From: Myxococcota bacterium
GTDB taxonomy: Bacteria; Myxococcota_A; UBA796; CAJQPC01
Direction of reading: 5' to 3'
DNA: 64,000 nt
Assembly (NCBI GenBank): GCA_036229005.1
Contig: JAZAMN010000059.1
Location: forward strand, 96,001 to 160,000
A program made the translations under genes and the position numbers. The notes beneath the pieces were generated by a model. It was not told the origin of the DNA. It saw only the letters and a list, made by a program, of their open reading frames with translations, and did not search any database. This document shows, piece after piece, positions 28,009 through 38,075 of the stretch; position 1 is the stretch's first letter, and each line of letters opens with the position of its first letter.

Positions 28009-29661
28009 TCACCCCGCCAACCACCGCTCCACCAGACCCCGATACCAGTCGCTTCCGGGCTCCTCGACCGCAGCGTCCAGGGCTGCCCGCAGCGCCGCAT
28101 CCAGCGCCTCTGTGTCAGGTGCGGGCAGCTTCGAGCGGGCGGGCAGCTTGTCCACCAGGCGAGAGAGCGCCGAGCTCTGCTGCTGTGCGCCGATGCCCAG
28201 CAGCACCAGCTCCAGGCGCCCCGCGTCCGGGTGCCTGGCGTAGGCGGCCGCCACACTCTCCGCCAGGGTCTGTCGCTCCCCCGGGTCCGGCGAGCGCAGC
28301 CCCGGCGCGATGGCGTCCAGGCGCAGCCCGGCCGGCAGGCTCTTGAGGTCATACAGACCAAAGGACGCGTCCCCGGGCACCTGAACGACCGCCGCGATGG
28401 CCGCGTCCAGCAGCGCCTGGGCGGGTTCCGCTCCCATGGTGGGGTGTCGCACAAAGTACATGAGCTGGTCCGCCAGGCTCCGAACCGTGGTTGCGTGCCC
28501 TGCCGCCACCGCCCGATCCAGCAGCATCTGCGCCAGCTCCAGGCGGGTGCTTGCTCGCCGCACCGGGGGAGTTGGAAGCGCAAGCCAGGCCCGCACCAGC
28601 GGCCTGCATTCCGCCATGGCCAACAGCGCCTCCCCGTCCAGCGCGGGGTCCAGATACAGATCCAGCGCACGCTGCAGATCCACCCGGTGGACCTCGCCGT
28701 AGGTGTAGAGGGCGGCCAGGGTCTCTGCGCGGTGAAGCGGAAGTGTGTCCTCGTTTGTGGCGCTGTGTGCCAGGTGGTCCAGGAGGGCCTGACCGCTCCC
28801 AAAGGGTGTGCCCGTGAACCAGGGAGAGCCCACCAGCCCCTCCCTCGACCCGCTCCAGGGGACCTGCCAGATCAAGCAGTCCAACAGCTCGCTGCGGAAG
28901 GGGAGTGCAGGGCTCGCAGCGAGCAGGTCCAGCGCCACGGCGGCCCGCTCGGGGTCCTTTCTGTGCACACCCGAGCGCAGGTAGTCCGGCAGCAGCGTGC
29001 GCAGGATCATCCGGTTTGTGGGGTCCTGCAACGCTGCCCTCTGTGCGCGCTCCCGCTGGGCCTGATGTTCCCCTTCGGTCACATACAGATCGCGCAGTAT
29101 CCCCGACACCCGCTCCCGCACCTCGATCGCCGGGTCGCGCAGCCCCCCACAGATCAAGGCCAAGTCCTCCACGGTCAGCACGCTCATGAAGTCCAGGAAG
29201 GCCCAGGCGGCGGCCCGCGCGATGGGCGCCGGGTCGTGCTCCACCATCCGCAGCATGCGCTCCTGAAAGCGTTCCTGCTCCAGATACTCCGGGTAGCGCG
29301 CCTCGGGAAAGGCCAGCACCTCGGCCCGCAGCAATCCGTGGGGGTGGTGGTCCAGGATGGCCTCTGCTTGATCCGCCAGGGACTCCGGGTCCTGCACGAT
29401 CCGCTGCAGCGCCCGCCAGGCGTGCTGGGTGTAGCTGGGGATGGTCTTCTCCCACAGATAGCGCAGCAGCCAGGGGGCCAGCTCGGCGTCCAGGGCCGCG
29501 TCCCGCTCGGGGCAGGCCACCAGCTCCGCGAAGAGAGGCAGCAGCGCGGGGGAGCCATCCTCGTGCTCTTCGTCGTGCAGGGACTGTAGCAGGTGGTGGA
29601 CGGGGCTCAGGGCGTCCCGCTCCCACCACTCGACCAGATCGAGCTCCGGGATATCGAGCAC
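28009..29661 (-). CDS. Hypothetical alpha-helical (HEAT-repeat-like) protein
   Basis: 550-aa ORF; HDPAPIARAAA, LRDPAIEVRE, LRSPDPGERQ resemble HEAT repeats. Confidence 0.65.
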   Translation of the reverse strand: MLDIPELDLVEWWERDALSPVHHLLQSLHDEEHEDGSPALLPLFAELVACPERDAALDAELAPWLLRYLWEKTIPSYTQHAWRALQRIVQDPESLADQAEAILDHHPHGLLRAEVLAFPEARYPEYLEQERFQERMLRMVEHDPAPIARAAAWAFLDFMSVLTVEDLALICGGLRDPAIEVRERVSGILRDLYVTEGEHQAQRERAQRAALQDPTNRMILRTLLPDYLRSGVHRKDPERAAVALDLLAASPALPFRSELLDCLIWQVPWSGSREGLVGSPWFTGTPFGSGQALLDHLAHSATNEDTLPLHRAETLAALYTYGEVHRVDLQRALDLYLDPALDGEALLAMAECRPLVRAWLALPTPPVRRASTRLELAQMLLDRAVAAGHATTVRSLADQLMYFVRHPTMGAEPAQALLDAAIAAVVQVPGDASFGLYDLKSLPAGLRLDAIAPGLRSPDPGERQTLAESVAAAYARHPDAGRLELVLLGIGAQQQSSALSRLVDKLPARSKLPAPDTEALDAALRAALDAAVEEPGSDWYRGLVERWLAG

Positions 29662-29664
29662 AGA

Positions 29665-31119
29665 CTACTCCTCGAAGTACCCGAGCGCCTTGAGCTGCTC
29701 ATTGATCTCCGCGTCGATGTTCCCCCGCAGGGCCTCGTACTCTTCGACCTTGCCCTCCTTGAGGGCGTCGATCAGCCCGGAGAGCTCCTCGACCAGCTCC
29801 GGCTGCCCGGCGGCCAGGTTGTTCAGCTCCCCCGGGTCCGCCTGCAGGTCGTACAGTTCGATGGTGCCCTCGTCCATGGGGTAACCCGCGTAGATGCGCG
29901 TGGTCTTGAGGTGCCGGATCAGCTTGTAGCGCTCGGTCACTACGCCCTCGAGCTGCCTGCCCGTGTGCTCCAGCAGCGCCGCGCCGCCCGGCCCCGGTGC
30001 GTCCAGGTAGGACCACAGATCGGTGCCCCGGAAGGCCTCCGGCGCCTCGATTCCGTTCCTTGCCAGCACCGTGGGCGCCACGTCCACCAACGACACAACG
30101 CGCTCCACGTTCACACCCTTGGGCCCGTCGGGGACGCGGATGATGAGCGGGATGTGGGTGGTGCCCTCATACAGACCTCCGTGTACGAACCACAGCCCGT
30201 GCTCGCCAAGGGACTCCCCGTGGTCGGCGGTGAACACAAAGATGGTGTCCTCCCACTCGCCGGCCGCCTGCAGCTCCCGGATCATCAGGCCGATGTGCTG
30301 GTCCAGCCAGGTCAGGCTGCCCTTGTAGGTGCCCGTGATGTAGTCGGCGGACTCCACCCCATCGACCCAGCGCAGGAAGTGCTCGGACTGTTGGTGATCC
30401 CGCGGAAACAGATCCCAGATCTCCTCCATCGAGACCTCGCCGGGATCGCCCTTCTCGCCGTCAAAGTAGAAGGAGTCATAGGCCGCCGGGGCGTGGTAGG
30501 GCGTGTGGTTGTCCACAAAGTGCACCCACAGAAAGAAGGGCTCGTCCTTGCCCGCGCGCCCCTGGATGTAGTCGTTCACCCAAGGCAGGGTCTTGTCGGC
30601 CTTGCGCACGTGGTCGCCGCGGCGGATGTCCTGGATGCCCTGGGGCACGCCGCTGACCTCGGGGTTGAGCCAGGGCATGTTCAGGTGGGCCGCAGTGCGC
30701 CAGCCCTGGGGCTTGAGGACCTCCGGCAGCGTGGTGATGCGGCTGGAGATGGCCGACACATTGGAGAAGGCCCGGTGGTCGCTCGGATACAGAGAGCTCA
30801 GCAGGCTGGCGTGCGCCGGCAACGTGGTGGTGATGGGCGTGTAGGCCCGGGAGAAGTTCACCCCTTCGGCCGCCAGCCGGTCCAGGTGGGGGGTGTAGAG
30901 CTCCGTGTTGCCGTTCACCGGGAGCATGTCACCGCGCAGGGTGTCCGCGGTGATCACCACAACGTTGTACTTCCGGGGCGCCGGCGAGGTCACCGGGCCC
31001 GCGACCGCAGCGTCCTCGGACTGTGTTGGGGCAGCCGCCTGCTGCTCGGCGGGCTCGGCCTGGGCGGCGGGCACGGCCTCGGGGCGGGTGCAGGAAAGCA
31101 TCATCCAGAGCAGGCTCAC
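29665..31119 (-). CDS. Sulfatase-like lipoprotein
   Basis: ITADTLRGD, TTLPAHASL, HFVDNHTPY, TADHGESLGEHG, ELYDLQADPGE, LKALGY. GTG start follows GAGGAG. Confidence 0.88.
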   Translation of the reverse strand: MSLLWMMLSCTRPEAVPAAQAEPAEQQAAAPTQSEDAAVAGPVTSPAPRKYNVVVITADTLRGDMLPVNGNTELYTPHLDRLAAEGVNFSRAYTPITTTLPAHASLLSSLYPSDHRAFSNVSAISSRITTLPEVLKPQGWRTAAHLNMPWLNPEVSGVPQGIQDIRRGDHVRKADKTLPWVNDYIQGRAGKDEPFFLWVHFVDNHTPYHAPAAYDSFYFDGEKGDPGEVSMEEIWDLFPRDHQQSEHFLRWVDGVESADYITGTYKGSLTWLDQHIGLMIRELQAAGEWEDTIFVFTADHGESLGEHGLWFVHGGLYEGTTHIPLIIRVPDGPKGVNVERVVSLVDVAPTVLARNGIEAPEAFRGTDLWSYLDAPGPGGAALLEHTGRQLEGVVTERYKLIRHLKTTRIYAGYPMDEGTIELYDLQADPGELNNLAAGQPELVEELSGLIDALKEGKVEEYEALRGNIDAEINEQLKALGYFEE

Positions 31120-31130
31120 AGCGGCTCCTC

Positions 31131-33575
31131 TCAGTTGGGCACGGTGACAAAGATGGGGCTGGACCAGGCCGCGTCGGGCGTCCACTGGTCCTGGGCCTGG
31201 ACGACCCGGAGTACGTAGAAGTGGTCCCCGGCTGGCGGGCTGTCCGTCCAGCTCCCGGACTGGCGCAGGCTGTCCCCGGCGACCCGGTGCACGACCTGTC
31301 CGTCGCGCAGGATGTGGATCTCCTGCAGGGTGCGCGAGCCCGCGGCCTCCCAGGTGAACGACAGGGGGCCGGTGGCGGTGGTCTGTGTTCCGTTGACCTC
31401 GCCGGTGGACAGGGTCAATACGGCGCCCATGGGGGCCCCAGAGGTGGCGCAGGTGTGCCGATCATAGAGAGCCTCCCACAGACCCTCTCGGGTCCCCTGC
31501 TCCGCGAGCACTCCGGTGAGCCCCTGGGTCCAGGGGTCAGGGCGCCGCGCGATGCCGTGGTGCCAGATCAGGCCGTGGCCGTCCGAACCCGCCACAAACC
31601 CATAATCCAGCCCCTGCCCCAGGCCGTCGTAGGCGAACATACCGGACATGTCCCCCCGGGAGGCGATGACCTGGTCGCCGGCCTGCTCGCTGAGTCCGTG
31701 CACAGACACGATCTCGAAGTTCCGCTGGATGCGGGGGTCGAAGTTCTCCCAGTCCGTGCCGGTCCACGAGGTGTGGTGGGGGACGGAGAAGACCTGCTCG
31801 GGGGCCAGCCCCTGGTTGAGCGCCTTGGTGTCGGGGGCGCCGTCCTTGAAGCCCAGGATGGGGGTGGGCGCCCAGCCCTTGAAGTACAGGTTCCGGTGGC
31901 CGGAGCCCTTGGGCAGCAGTGGCGTGGTCCACTCGTAGGCGTGCAGGGTCACAAATCCCGGCAGGCGGCCAAAGAGCTCGGTGAGCCAGGCCTGCTCTTC
32001 GTGCTCGGAGGGGAGCATGCGCGAACCGATGACATAGTCGTGGTCTGTGAGGGTCGCGAAGTCCAGGCCCCGCGACCAGGCGCGGGCGTAGATCTCGTCG
32101 GCGGGGCCGGTGGCATCGGACATGGCGGAGTGCATGTGCACGTCGCCCAGATACACCTCGCGGCCGCCCACCTGCAGGCGCTCGGTGACGCCCTGGCTGG
32201 GCAGGCCCAGGTCTCCCACAGTCTCCAGGGCGGTGTCCTGCCAGCCGGACTGGGGGGCGCTCAAGGCGGGGAGCGTAAGCTGCTCCAACACAGAGGCTTT
32301 GCGCGCCTTGCGGGCCGCGTAGAGGGTGTCTCCGCTCAGGGCGAGCTGCGCCTTCTGGCCGCGGGCGCCCCAACCGTACCGGGTCAGGTCCAGGGGGGTG
32401 GAGAAGCCCTGGGCGCCCACCACATGCAGGTATGCCCCTTGGGAGCTGCGGGTGACCACCACCACCCCGCCAGACTGTGTGACCACCAGCGAGGGGAACT
32501 CGGCGCCCTGCTGCTCTCCGGACGCGGTCGCCCAGGCCATGGGGTCGCCCAGGGTGCGCACGCCCTGCGCGGAGACTTCGAGCAGGCCCACCCACTTGAC
32601 CAGGGCCTGGGGCCGGGAGTCGTGGAAGGCGACCAGCAGGCGATCACCGGCGACGGCCAGGTCCGGGGCGGCCTGGATGCCGGGCTGACGCCACCCCTGG
32701 GTGCGGCCCCACTTGCCCCCGGCCCAAGTGCGTAGACGCAGGTCGTAGTCGGGGTCTGAGGGGGTGTCGCGCTGGGCGCTCTGCTGGGGGGCGCGGGTGA
32801 CCAGGCTGTCCCAGGCCACGTGGACCCGCTCGCCGTCTACAGCCACGCTGGGGCGGCGGTCCAGCCAGCCCTTGGAGAGCAGCTCGGGCTCGCTGGCCGC
32901 GCCGCCAGAGACTTGCGCATAGGCGATGCCGACGCCCTGCCCGACGTCCTGCTCCCAGACCACGTGCACCACGCCGGCGCTGTCCACGGCCAGATCGGGG
33001 TTCGCGGCGCGTCCGGGGCCCGCGGAGAGCTCCAGGATGGGGCCCAGGCGGTCCACGCGGCGCAGGAGCACCTTGCGGCTGAGGGTGGAGCGCTCACCGG
33101 CGGCGCTGCGTCCGCTCCAGGCCAGCCACACCGAGCCGTCGGGGCCAGCCACCAGCACGGGGGCCCAGGCGCGGCTGCCCTTGGAGACGGACTGGGGGGC
33201 GCCCAGGGACTGGGGGTCGGCGCCTCGGCGCAGCTCGATGCGCTCCTGGCCGGCGGCGTAGGACACGAACGCGGCGAAGAGCTCTCCGCTGCTGGAGACG
33301 GCCACGGCGGGGGACTCGAACTCCCAGCCCTCGGCCAGGTCCAGCACCTGCCGGCTCACCCCGTCCACGGTCTGGTCGGGGGCCAGGGCCTGCACCTGGA
33401 AGCCGCCGGCCGGGGCGCTCAAGGGGGCCAGCTCAGGGGTGAGCGCGGGGGGCTGTGCAGTCGGCTGCGCGGCGGGCTCCACGGGGGCCACCTGGGGCAT
33501 GGGCGCGGCGGACACCACGGGCTCCGAGCCGGCGCAGGCCAGAGTCAGGAGCAGGGAGGGCAGGGTCGTGGTCAT
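31131..33575 (-). CDS. Lipoprotein with N-terminal beta-propeller-like repeats and a C-terminal PHP-like metallohydrolase (DUF3604/CehA-McbA-like) domain
   Basis: LLLTLAC; GDVHMHSAMSD, TDHD, YEWT, GHRN, PHH, GSDGH. The longer ORF-track extension is antisense to slt. Confidence 0.8.
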   Translation of the reverse strand: MTTTLPSLLLTLACAGSEPVVSAAPMPQVAPVEPAAQPTAQPPALTPELAPLSAPAGGFQVQALAPDQTVDGVSRQVLDLAEGWEFESPAVAVSSSGELFAAFVSYAAGQERIELRRGADPQSLGAPQSVSKGSRAWAPVLVAGPDGSVWLAWSGRSAAGERSTLSRKVLLRRVDRLGPILELSAGPGRAANPDLAVDSAGVVHVVWEQDVGQGVGIAYAQVSGGAASEPELLSKGWLDRRPSVAVDGERVHVAWDSLVTRAPQQSAQRDTPSDPDYDLRLRTWAGGKWGRTQGWRQPGIQAAPDLAVAGDRLLVAFHDSRPQALVKWVGLLEVSAQGVRTLGDPMAWATASGEQQGAEFPSLVVTQSGGVVVVTRSSQGAYLHVVGAQGFSTPLDLTRYGWGARGQKAQLALSGDTLYAARKARKASVLEQLTLPALSAPQSGWQDTALETVGDLGLPSQGVTERLQVGGREVYLGDVHMHSAMSDATGPADEIYARAWSRGLDFATLTDHDYVIGSRMLPSEHEEQAWLTELFGRLPGFVTLHAYEWTTPLLPKGSGHRNLYFKGWAPTPILGFKDGAPDTKALNQGLAPEQVFSVPHHTSWTGTDWENFDPRIQRNFEIVSVHGLSEQAGDQVIASRGDMSGMFAYDGLGQGLDYGFVAGSDGHGLIWHHGIARRPDPWTQGLTGVLAEQGTREGLWEALYDRHTCATSGAPMGAVLTLSTGEVNGTQTTATGPLSFTWEAAGSRTLQEIHILRDGQVVHRVAGDSLRQSGSWTDSPPAGDHFYVLRVVQAQDQWTPDAAWSSPIFVTVPN

Positions 33576-33671
33576 GGTCCATCCAGGGCCTTGAAACAGT
33601 CTGACAGCCGACAAGGTAGTGCAGTTGCAGCCTCGGGGCTGTATGTATTCTCTTGACGCGTCCAGATCCCC

Positions 33672-35897
33672 ATGGAGAGGCGAATGCTGACCACCCTGAC
33701 CTCGCTTGCGCTGATGATGGCCTGCAACCCCGCGGAGCCCGAGCCGGTCCAGGCGGTGGACCAGCAGCCCCCGGAGCCCCCTCCCCCTCCCTCCCACCTG
33801 GACCTGAGCCCGGTGACGCCCGCCTTCGAGCGCAGCGCCGAGCTGGACCAGGCGCTGGCGGACCAGGACTGGGCGGCGGTCGCGATGCTCACGACGGACC
33901 CCCAGAGCCCCCAGGAGGCCTTCGTGCACGCGTGGGCGCGGGTGGAGCTGGGCCAGGCGCGGGCGGTCGTGGACCTGGTGGACCGCGTGGACGGACCCCA
34001 GCCCTACCTGGGCTACCTGCGGGGGCGCCTGCTGCACGCCGATGGGAGGCCCGAGGAGGCGCTGGCAGAGCTGCTTCCGCCTGAAGACGACGCTCCTCTG
34101 CACCGTCAGATCCTCGCGTGGCGTGCGAGCTGCCTTGAGGAGCTGGGGCGCGCAGACGAGGCCACCCTGCTCTACGCCCGCCTGATCCAGGCACCGGACC
34201 CCGCGGACGGGAGCGCGCACGCCCTCGCACAGATGGGGGGACCCGAGGCCCACCGGCGCATCTGGGCGCACTACCCGGACACGCCCCAGGACAACGCTCT
34301 GGGCCCCATCACAGATCCGACCTGGCAGGAGGCCACGCACCGCGCAGCGGCCTACATGAACCGGGGGATGTACCTGACGGCCATCAAGGAGCTGGAGGGC
34401 TTCGCACCCGACACAAACACGGGCGAGGACGCCTGTCTGTACCGCTACGTGAAGGGCCGGAGTCTGTACAAGAAGAACAAGCGCAGCGAGGCCAGCGCGG
34501 CCTTCGGGAGCGCGGCGACAGACTGTGTGGGGACGGAGATCGGTCCCCAGGTGGCCTACCTGAGCGGGCGCAACGAGCAGCGCCTGGGCAACCACCGCAC
34601 GGCCGCCGGGATCCTGCAGCGCATGGCGCAGGACTACCCGGAGCACAGCTACGCCGACGACGGCCTGGTGATGGCGGGGGAGTCCCTGGAGAAGGCCGGG
34701 GATCTCATCGCCGCGCAGCGTCTGTGGTCACAGGCTGCGGCCGACTTCCCCGAGGGCGACATGGTCCCCGAGGCGCTCTGGCGGCTGGCCTGGTCGCACT
34801 ACGAACAGGGGCACGGTGACCGCGCCCGCCAGGTGGCCCAGCAGCTCGGGGGACTGGACCCCGCGCAGGACCACTTCCACGTGCCGGCGGGGCGCTACTG
34901 GGCGGCGCGTTGGGCGCTCTACCCCGACGTGAACAACCCCACACAGACCCGGCGACCGGACGCCCTGCTGCCCGACCCCAAGACCACCGCGGTGGCCGAG
35001 TGGAGCGCGCTGGTGCAGGACCTGCCCTGGTCCTACTACGCGGTGCTGGCCAGTAGCCGCATCGCCGAGGAGGACCCCGCCGCGTTCTCCGCGCTGCCCA
35101 AGCCCCCGGGGCCGGCATCTCGCACAGACTGGCCGGTCCCCTATCCCCTCACCCGGGATCCCGCTCTGGACCGCGCCCAGACGCTGCTCTCCTACGGACT
35201 GCACGGGCTCGCGCGGGACGAGATCCGGGACCTGGAGTTCGACGACCCCACGACCCTGTGGTGGAGCGAGTCGCGCTCGGAGAACGGGGACTGGCTCAAC
35301 GCCCACCGCGAGCTGCGGGTGTGGGTGCGCAGCCACGTCCCCAGCGAGGCCACCCCCGACACCGCGCGTGAGCTGGCCGTGGCCTACCCCAACCACTGGC
35401 TGCCCGAGGTGCAGGAGGCGGCGGATGGCTACCGCTTCCCGCCCCGCTACTTCCAGGGCCTGGTCCGGGTTGAGAGCAACTTCAACGAGCAGGCGGTGTC
35501 CTGGGCCGGCGCCCGCGGACTGTGTCAGGTGATGCCGGCCACCGGCAAGAGCGTGGGCAACTGGCTGGGGCTGAAGGTGGGCAAGCCGGAGCTGCTGGAC
35601 CCGGCCATCAACCTGCAGGTGGGCGCGCGCTACATGGACCACCTGCACAAGCTCTTCAACAACAGCCCGTATCTGAGCGCCGCTGGGTACAACGCGGGCG
35701 AGAACCGCATCCTGCAGTGGATCCGCGAAGACGGGAACCTGCCCACCGACGAGTTCGTGGAGCGCATCCCCTTTGATGAGACCCGCGGCTACGTGAAGCG
35801 CGTGGTGGGCACCTGGGCGGCCTACGGCTGGCTGCGCGACGGTGAGGGCCCCAAGGGGCTGGACGCGTACAACCACACGGCGCTGCCGGAGCGCTGA
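33672..35897 (+). CDS. slt: Soluble lytic murein transglycosylase with TPR-like repeats (lipoprotein)
   Basis: RVESNF, SWAGARGLCQVMP, AGYNAG, IPFDETRGYVKRV. Confidence 0.92.
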   Translation: MERRMLTTLTSLALMMACNPAEPEPVQAVDQQPPEPPPPPSHLDLSPVTPAFERSAELDQALADQDWAAVAMLTTDPQSPQEAFVHAWARVELGQARAVVDLVDRVDGPQPYLGYLRGRLLHADGRPEEALAELLPPEDDAPLHRQILAWRASCLEELGRADEATLLYARLIQAPDPADGSAHALAQMGGPEAHRRIWAHYPDTPQDNALGPITDPTWQEATHRAAAYMNRGMYLTAIKELEGFAPDTNTGEDACLYRYVKGRSLYKKNKRSEASAAFGSAATDCVGTEIGPQVAYLSGRNEQRLGNHRTAAGILQRMAQDYPEHSYADDGLVMAGESLEKAGDLIAAQRLWSQAAADFPEGDMVPEALWRLAWSHYEQGHGDRARQVAQQLGGLDPAQDHFHVPAGRYWAARWALYPDVNNPTQTRRPDALLPDPKTTAVAEWSALVQDLPWSYYAVLASSRIAEEDPAAFSALPKPPGPASRTDWPVPYPLTRDPALDRAQTLLSYGLHGLARDEIRDLEFDDPTTLWWSESRSENGDWLNAHRELRVWVRSHVPSEATPDTARELAVAYPNHWLPEVQEAADGYRFPPRYFQGLVRVESNFNEQAVSWAGARGLCQVMPATGKSVGNWLGLKVGKPELLDPAINLQVGARYMDHLHKLFNNSPYLSAAGYNAGENRILQWIREDGNLPTDEFVERIPFDETRGYVKRVVGTWAAYGWLRDGEGPKGLDAYNHTALPER

Positions 35898-35980
35898 CGG
35901 GGCGGATGTGACGCCCTGTGACCGCTGCGGCGCTTGGCCCTTTGGCACGGCTACTGGGCGCTCCCACGAAAGGAGCCCCC

Positions 35981-36595
35981 ATGTTGGACATCGCACAGAT
36001 CCCCTCCCTCTCCACCGCCAGTGATCAGTACGGCGTCATCCTCAAGGGGCGCGTGCAGATCACGGACCCCACTGTGGCCCAGCTCCGGGCCCTGGACGCC
36101 CACGTTCAGGCCCTGCGCGCCGAGCTGTCGCTGCCCCTGGTGATGGTGATGTCGCTGGCTTGGGAGGGCGAAGGGCACGCCGACGACAAGAAGCTCTATG
36201 GCTCCGCCATGGTCGGGTTGGCCCTCAAGATCTGCCCCGTCAACGCGGCCCCGGTGGAGGTCACCCCGGCCGAGCTGGAGGCCCCCGAGATCCCCGCCGT
36301 GGTCTGGGAGACCGTGGGAGATGGCGAGAGCCCGGACGGTCTGTATGTGTGCCCCGCGGGCTGGTCGGTGGCCTGCCTGGTGGCTGGCGAGGTCGTGAAC
36401 GACGAAGACGATGACGAGGACGAGGACGACGACGACTTCGATCTGGAGGACGACGAGTGGTGCGGAGACGTGGAGGGTGAGGACGTCGCCTTCGGCAGCT
36501 CCGAGAACATGGGCATGACCTATGGGGAGATCACGGCGGAGGGGCTGGAGTTGATGGAGGGGACCAAGACCTGGTTCTGGGCGCACTACGCTTGA
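35981..36595 (+). CDS. Hypothetical acidic protein
   Basis: AAGGAG RBS, GC3 bias, Asp/Glu tract. Confidence 0.7.
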   Translation: MLDIAQIPSLSTASDQYGVILKGRVQITDPTVAQLRALDAHVQALRAELSLPLVMVMSLAWEGEGHADDKKLYGSAMVGLALKICPVNAAPVEVTPAELEAPEIPAVVWETVGDGESPDGLYVCPAGWSVACLVAGEVVNDEDDDEDEDDDDFDLEDDEWCGDVEGEDVAFGSSENMGMTYGEITAEGLELMEGTKTWFWAHYA

Positions 36596-36791
36596 GGCGT
36601 GTGTTGGGTGGGGTCTCCCGACATCAGGGGTCCCGCTCTCCGCCATCCGACGACAGGGTGGCGACCCCCCCCGTGGTGTAGCTCTGCTGATCGAGTACCA
36701 GGCCAGCGGGCAGGGCGTCGAGCTTCGCGCCCCAGTAGAAGTTCACCTGGCGCCGTACCGCCAACAGATCAGGATGGACATGAGCCTCGCA

Positions 36792-38075
36792 TCAGCCCAT
36801 CAACCTACCAATGCCCTCGCTGACGCGCAGATCCCACTCCCCGCCCCCACCGGGCAGGAGCTCAGGCGGTAGGCCAGCGAGCTGCGCCGCACAACGGTCC
36901 CTCCCCTCCTGGACCGAGGGCGCCTCGGAGACGAGCTCGCCGTTCAGGATCAGGGGCTGGAGCAGGGGCTCGCCGTCCAGGTGGTCGGCCTCGTCGAGCA
37001 GACAGACCAGATCGTGGTCTGCGCGGCGCAGGACCTGCTTGGTGCCGGGGTAGCGGGCGGAGCCGGGCTTGAGGGAGGGGACGGCGTCGGGGCCGCGCCA
37101 CTGCTCCGCGATTCGGTAGCTGGTGGGGATGGGGCCGCCGCGGACCAGGTTCTTGCCGACGGCGAGCAGATCGATGGGGGCGTCACCCAGGCGCGAGATG
37201 GCCTCGGGGCCCAGGGAGCCGCTGCCCAGGATGCGGGTGTGCGACATGCCAGCCTTGTCCAGCATGGGACGCAGGGCGCGGGCGGCGCGGGCGAGCTGGG
37301 GGTGGTCCAGGCGCACCATGCGGACCAGCTCCCGGTGCTGGGCGAGCTGCGCGACGGCCTGGTCGACGCGGCCCGGCGGCAGGTTGACGAAGCCGACGTC
37401 CGGGAAGTGGACGGAGAAGGCCTCCAGCGCCGGGGCGATGTCCCCGTAGGCGGTGAAGAAGTCCGAGGACAGGGTGCCCATGACCGGCACGCCGAGCTGG
37501 GCGGCGGCGGCGGCGTTGGAGGAGGCGTAGAAGCCCCCGACGATGGCGGCCCGGGCCGTAAGCACGGCCCCCTCCCCGCTGGCGGAGCGGCGCGAGGCAA
37601 ACTCGTAGAGGCGGCGGCCCCCGGCGGCCAGGGTGCAGCGCGCGGCGCGGGTGGCGACGGCGGTCGCGGCCGGGACCATCTGCAGCAGGCGGGTCTGGAT
37701 GAGGGTGGCGTGCTGAAGGGGCGCGGTGACCCGGAGGATCGGCGTGTGGGGGCCGACCAGGGTGCCCTCGGCCACGGCGTGGATGTCGCCGGAGAAGGCA
37801 AAGTGGCGCAGGCTCTCCCACCAGCCCTCGCTGGCGCGGGAGAAGGCCTGCTGCTCCTTGAGCCAGGCGATGGAGCGCTCGTCAAAGCGCATGTCCAACA
37901 CGGAGCGGGCGGCCTCGTGCATGCCGGCGGCGACCACCCAGGGCGCGCCCTTGAGCGCGGCGCGCGGGTAGAGGTCGAAGGTCGCGTGGCCCCACAGCCC
38001 GTCGGCGTGGTACACGGCGGCCACCACCAGCAGGTAGAAGTCCGTCTGCAATGCGGTCTGCCAGAGAGGCGCCAT
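36792..38075 (-). CDS. Nicotinate phosphoribosyltransferase-like protein with divergent active-site motifs
   Basis: Collinear with PncB (TDFY, F.GDI.AV.EGT, EF..RR, SSN, VRLD, PG.KQV.R), but GTMAHS reads GTLSSD. Confidence 0.8.
   Translation of the reverse strand: MAPLWQTALQTDFYLLVVAAVYHADGLWGHATFDLYPRAALKGAPWVVAAGMHEAARSVLDMRFDERSIAWLKEQQAFSRASEGWWESLRHFAFSGDIHAVAEGTLVGPHTPILRVTAPLQHATLIQTRLLQMVPAATAVATRAARCTLAAGGRRLYEFASRRSASGEGAVLTARAAIVGGFYASSNAAAAAQLGVPVMGTLSSDFFTAYGDIAPALEAFSVHFPDVGFVNLPPGRVDQAVAQLAQHRELVRMVRLDHPQLARAARALRPMLDKAGMSHTRILGSGSLGPEAISRLGDAPIDLLAVGKNLVRGGPIPTSYRIAEQWRGPDAVPSLKPGSARYPGTKQVLRRADHDLVCLLDEADHLDGEPLLQPLILNGELVSEAPSVQEGRDRCAAQLAGLPPELLPGGGGEWDLRVSEGIGRLMG

Noticed and set aside
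33576..34646. N-terminal 357 aa of the 1171-aa ORF 31131-34646
   Set aside because: Antisense to the slt gene; the real start is most likely the lipoprotein signal at 33575.
35943..35958. TGGCACGGCTACTGGG as a sigma-54 promoter
   Set aside because: The -24 box is good but the -12 GC is absent.
36600..36790. Intergenic stretch with a short open minus frame (…VNFYWGAKLDALPAG…)
   Set aside because: No credible start or recognisable motif; may be a gene remnant but cannot be supported.
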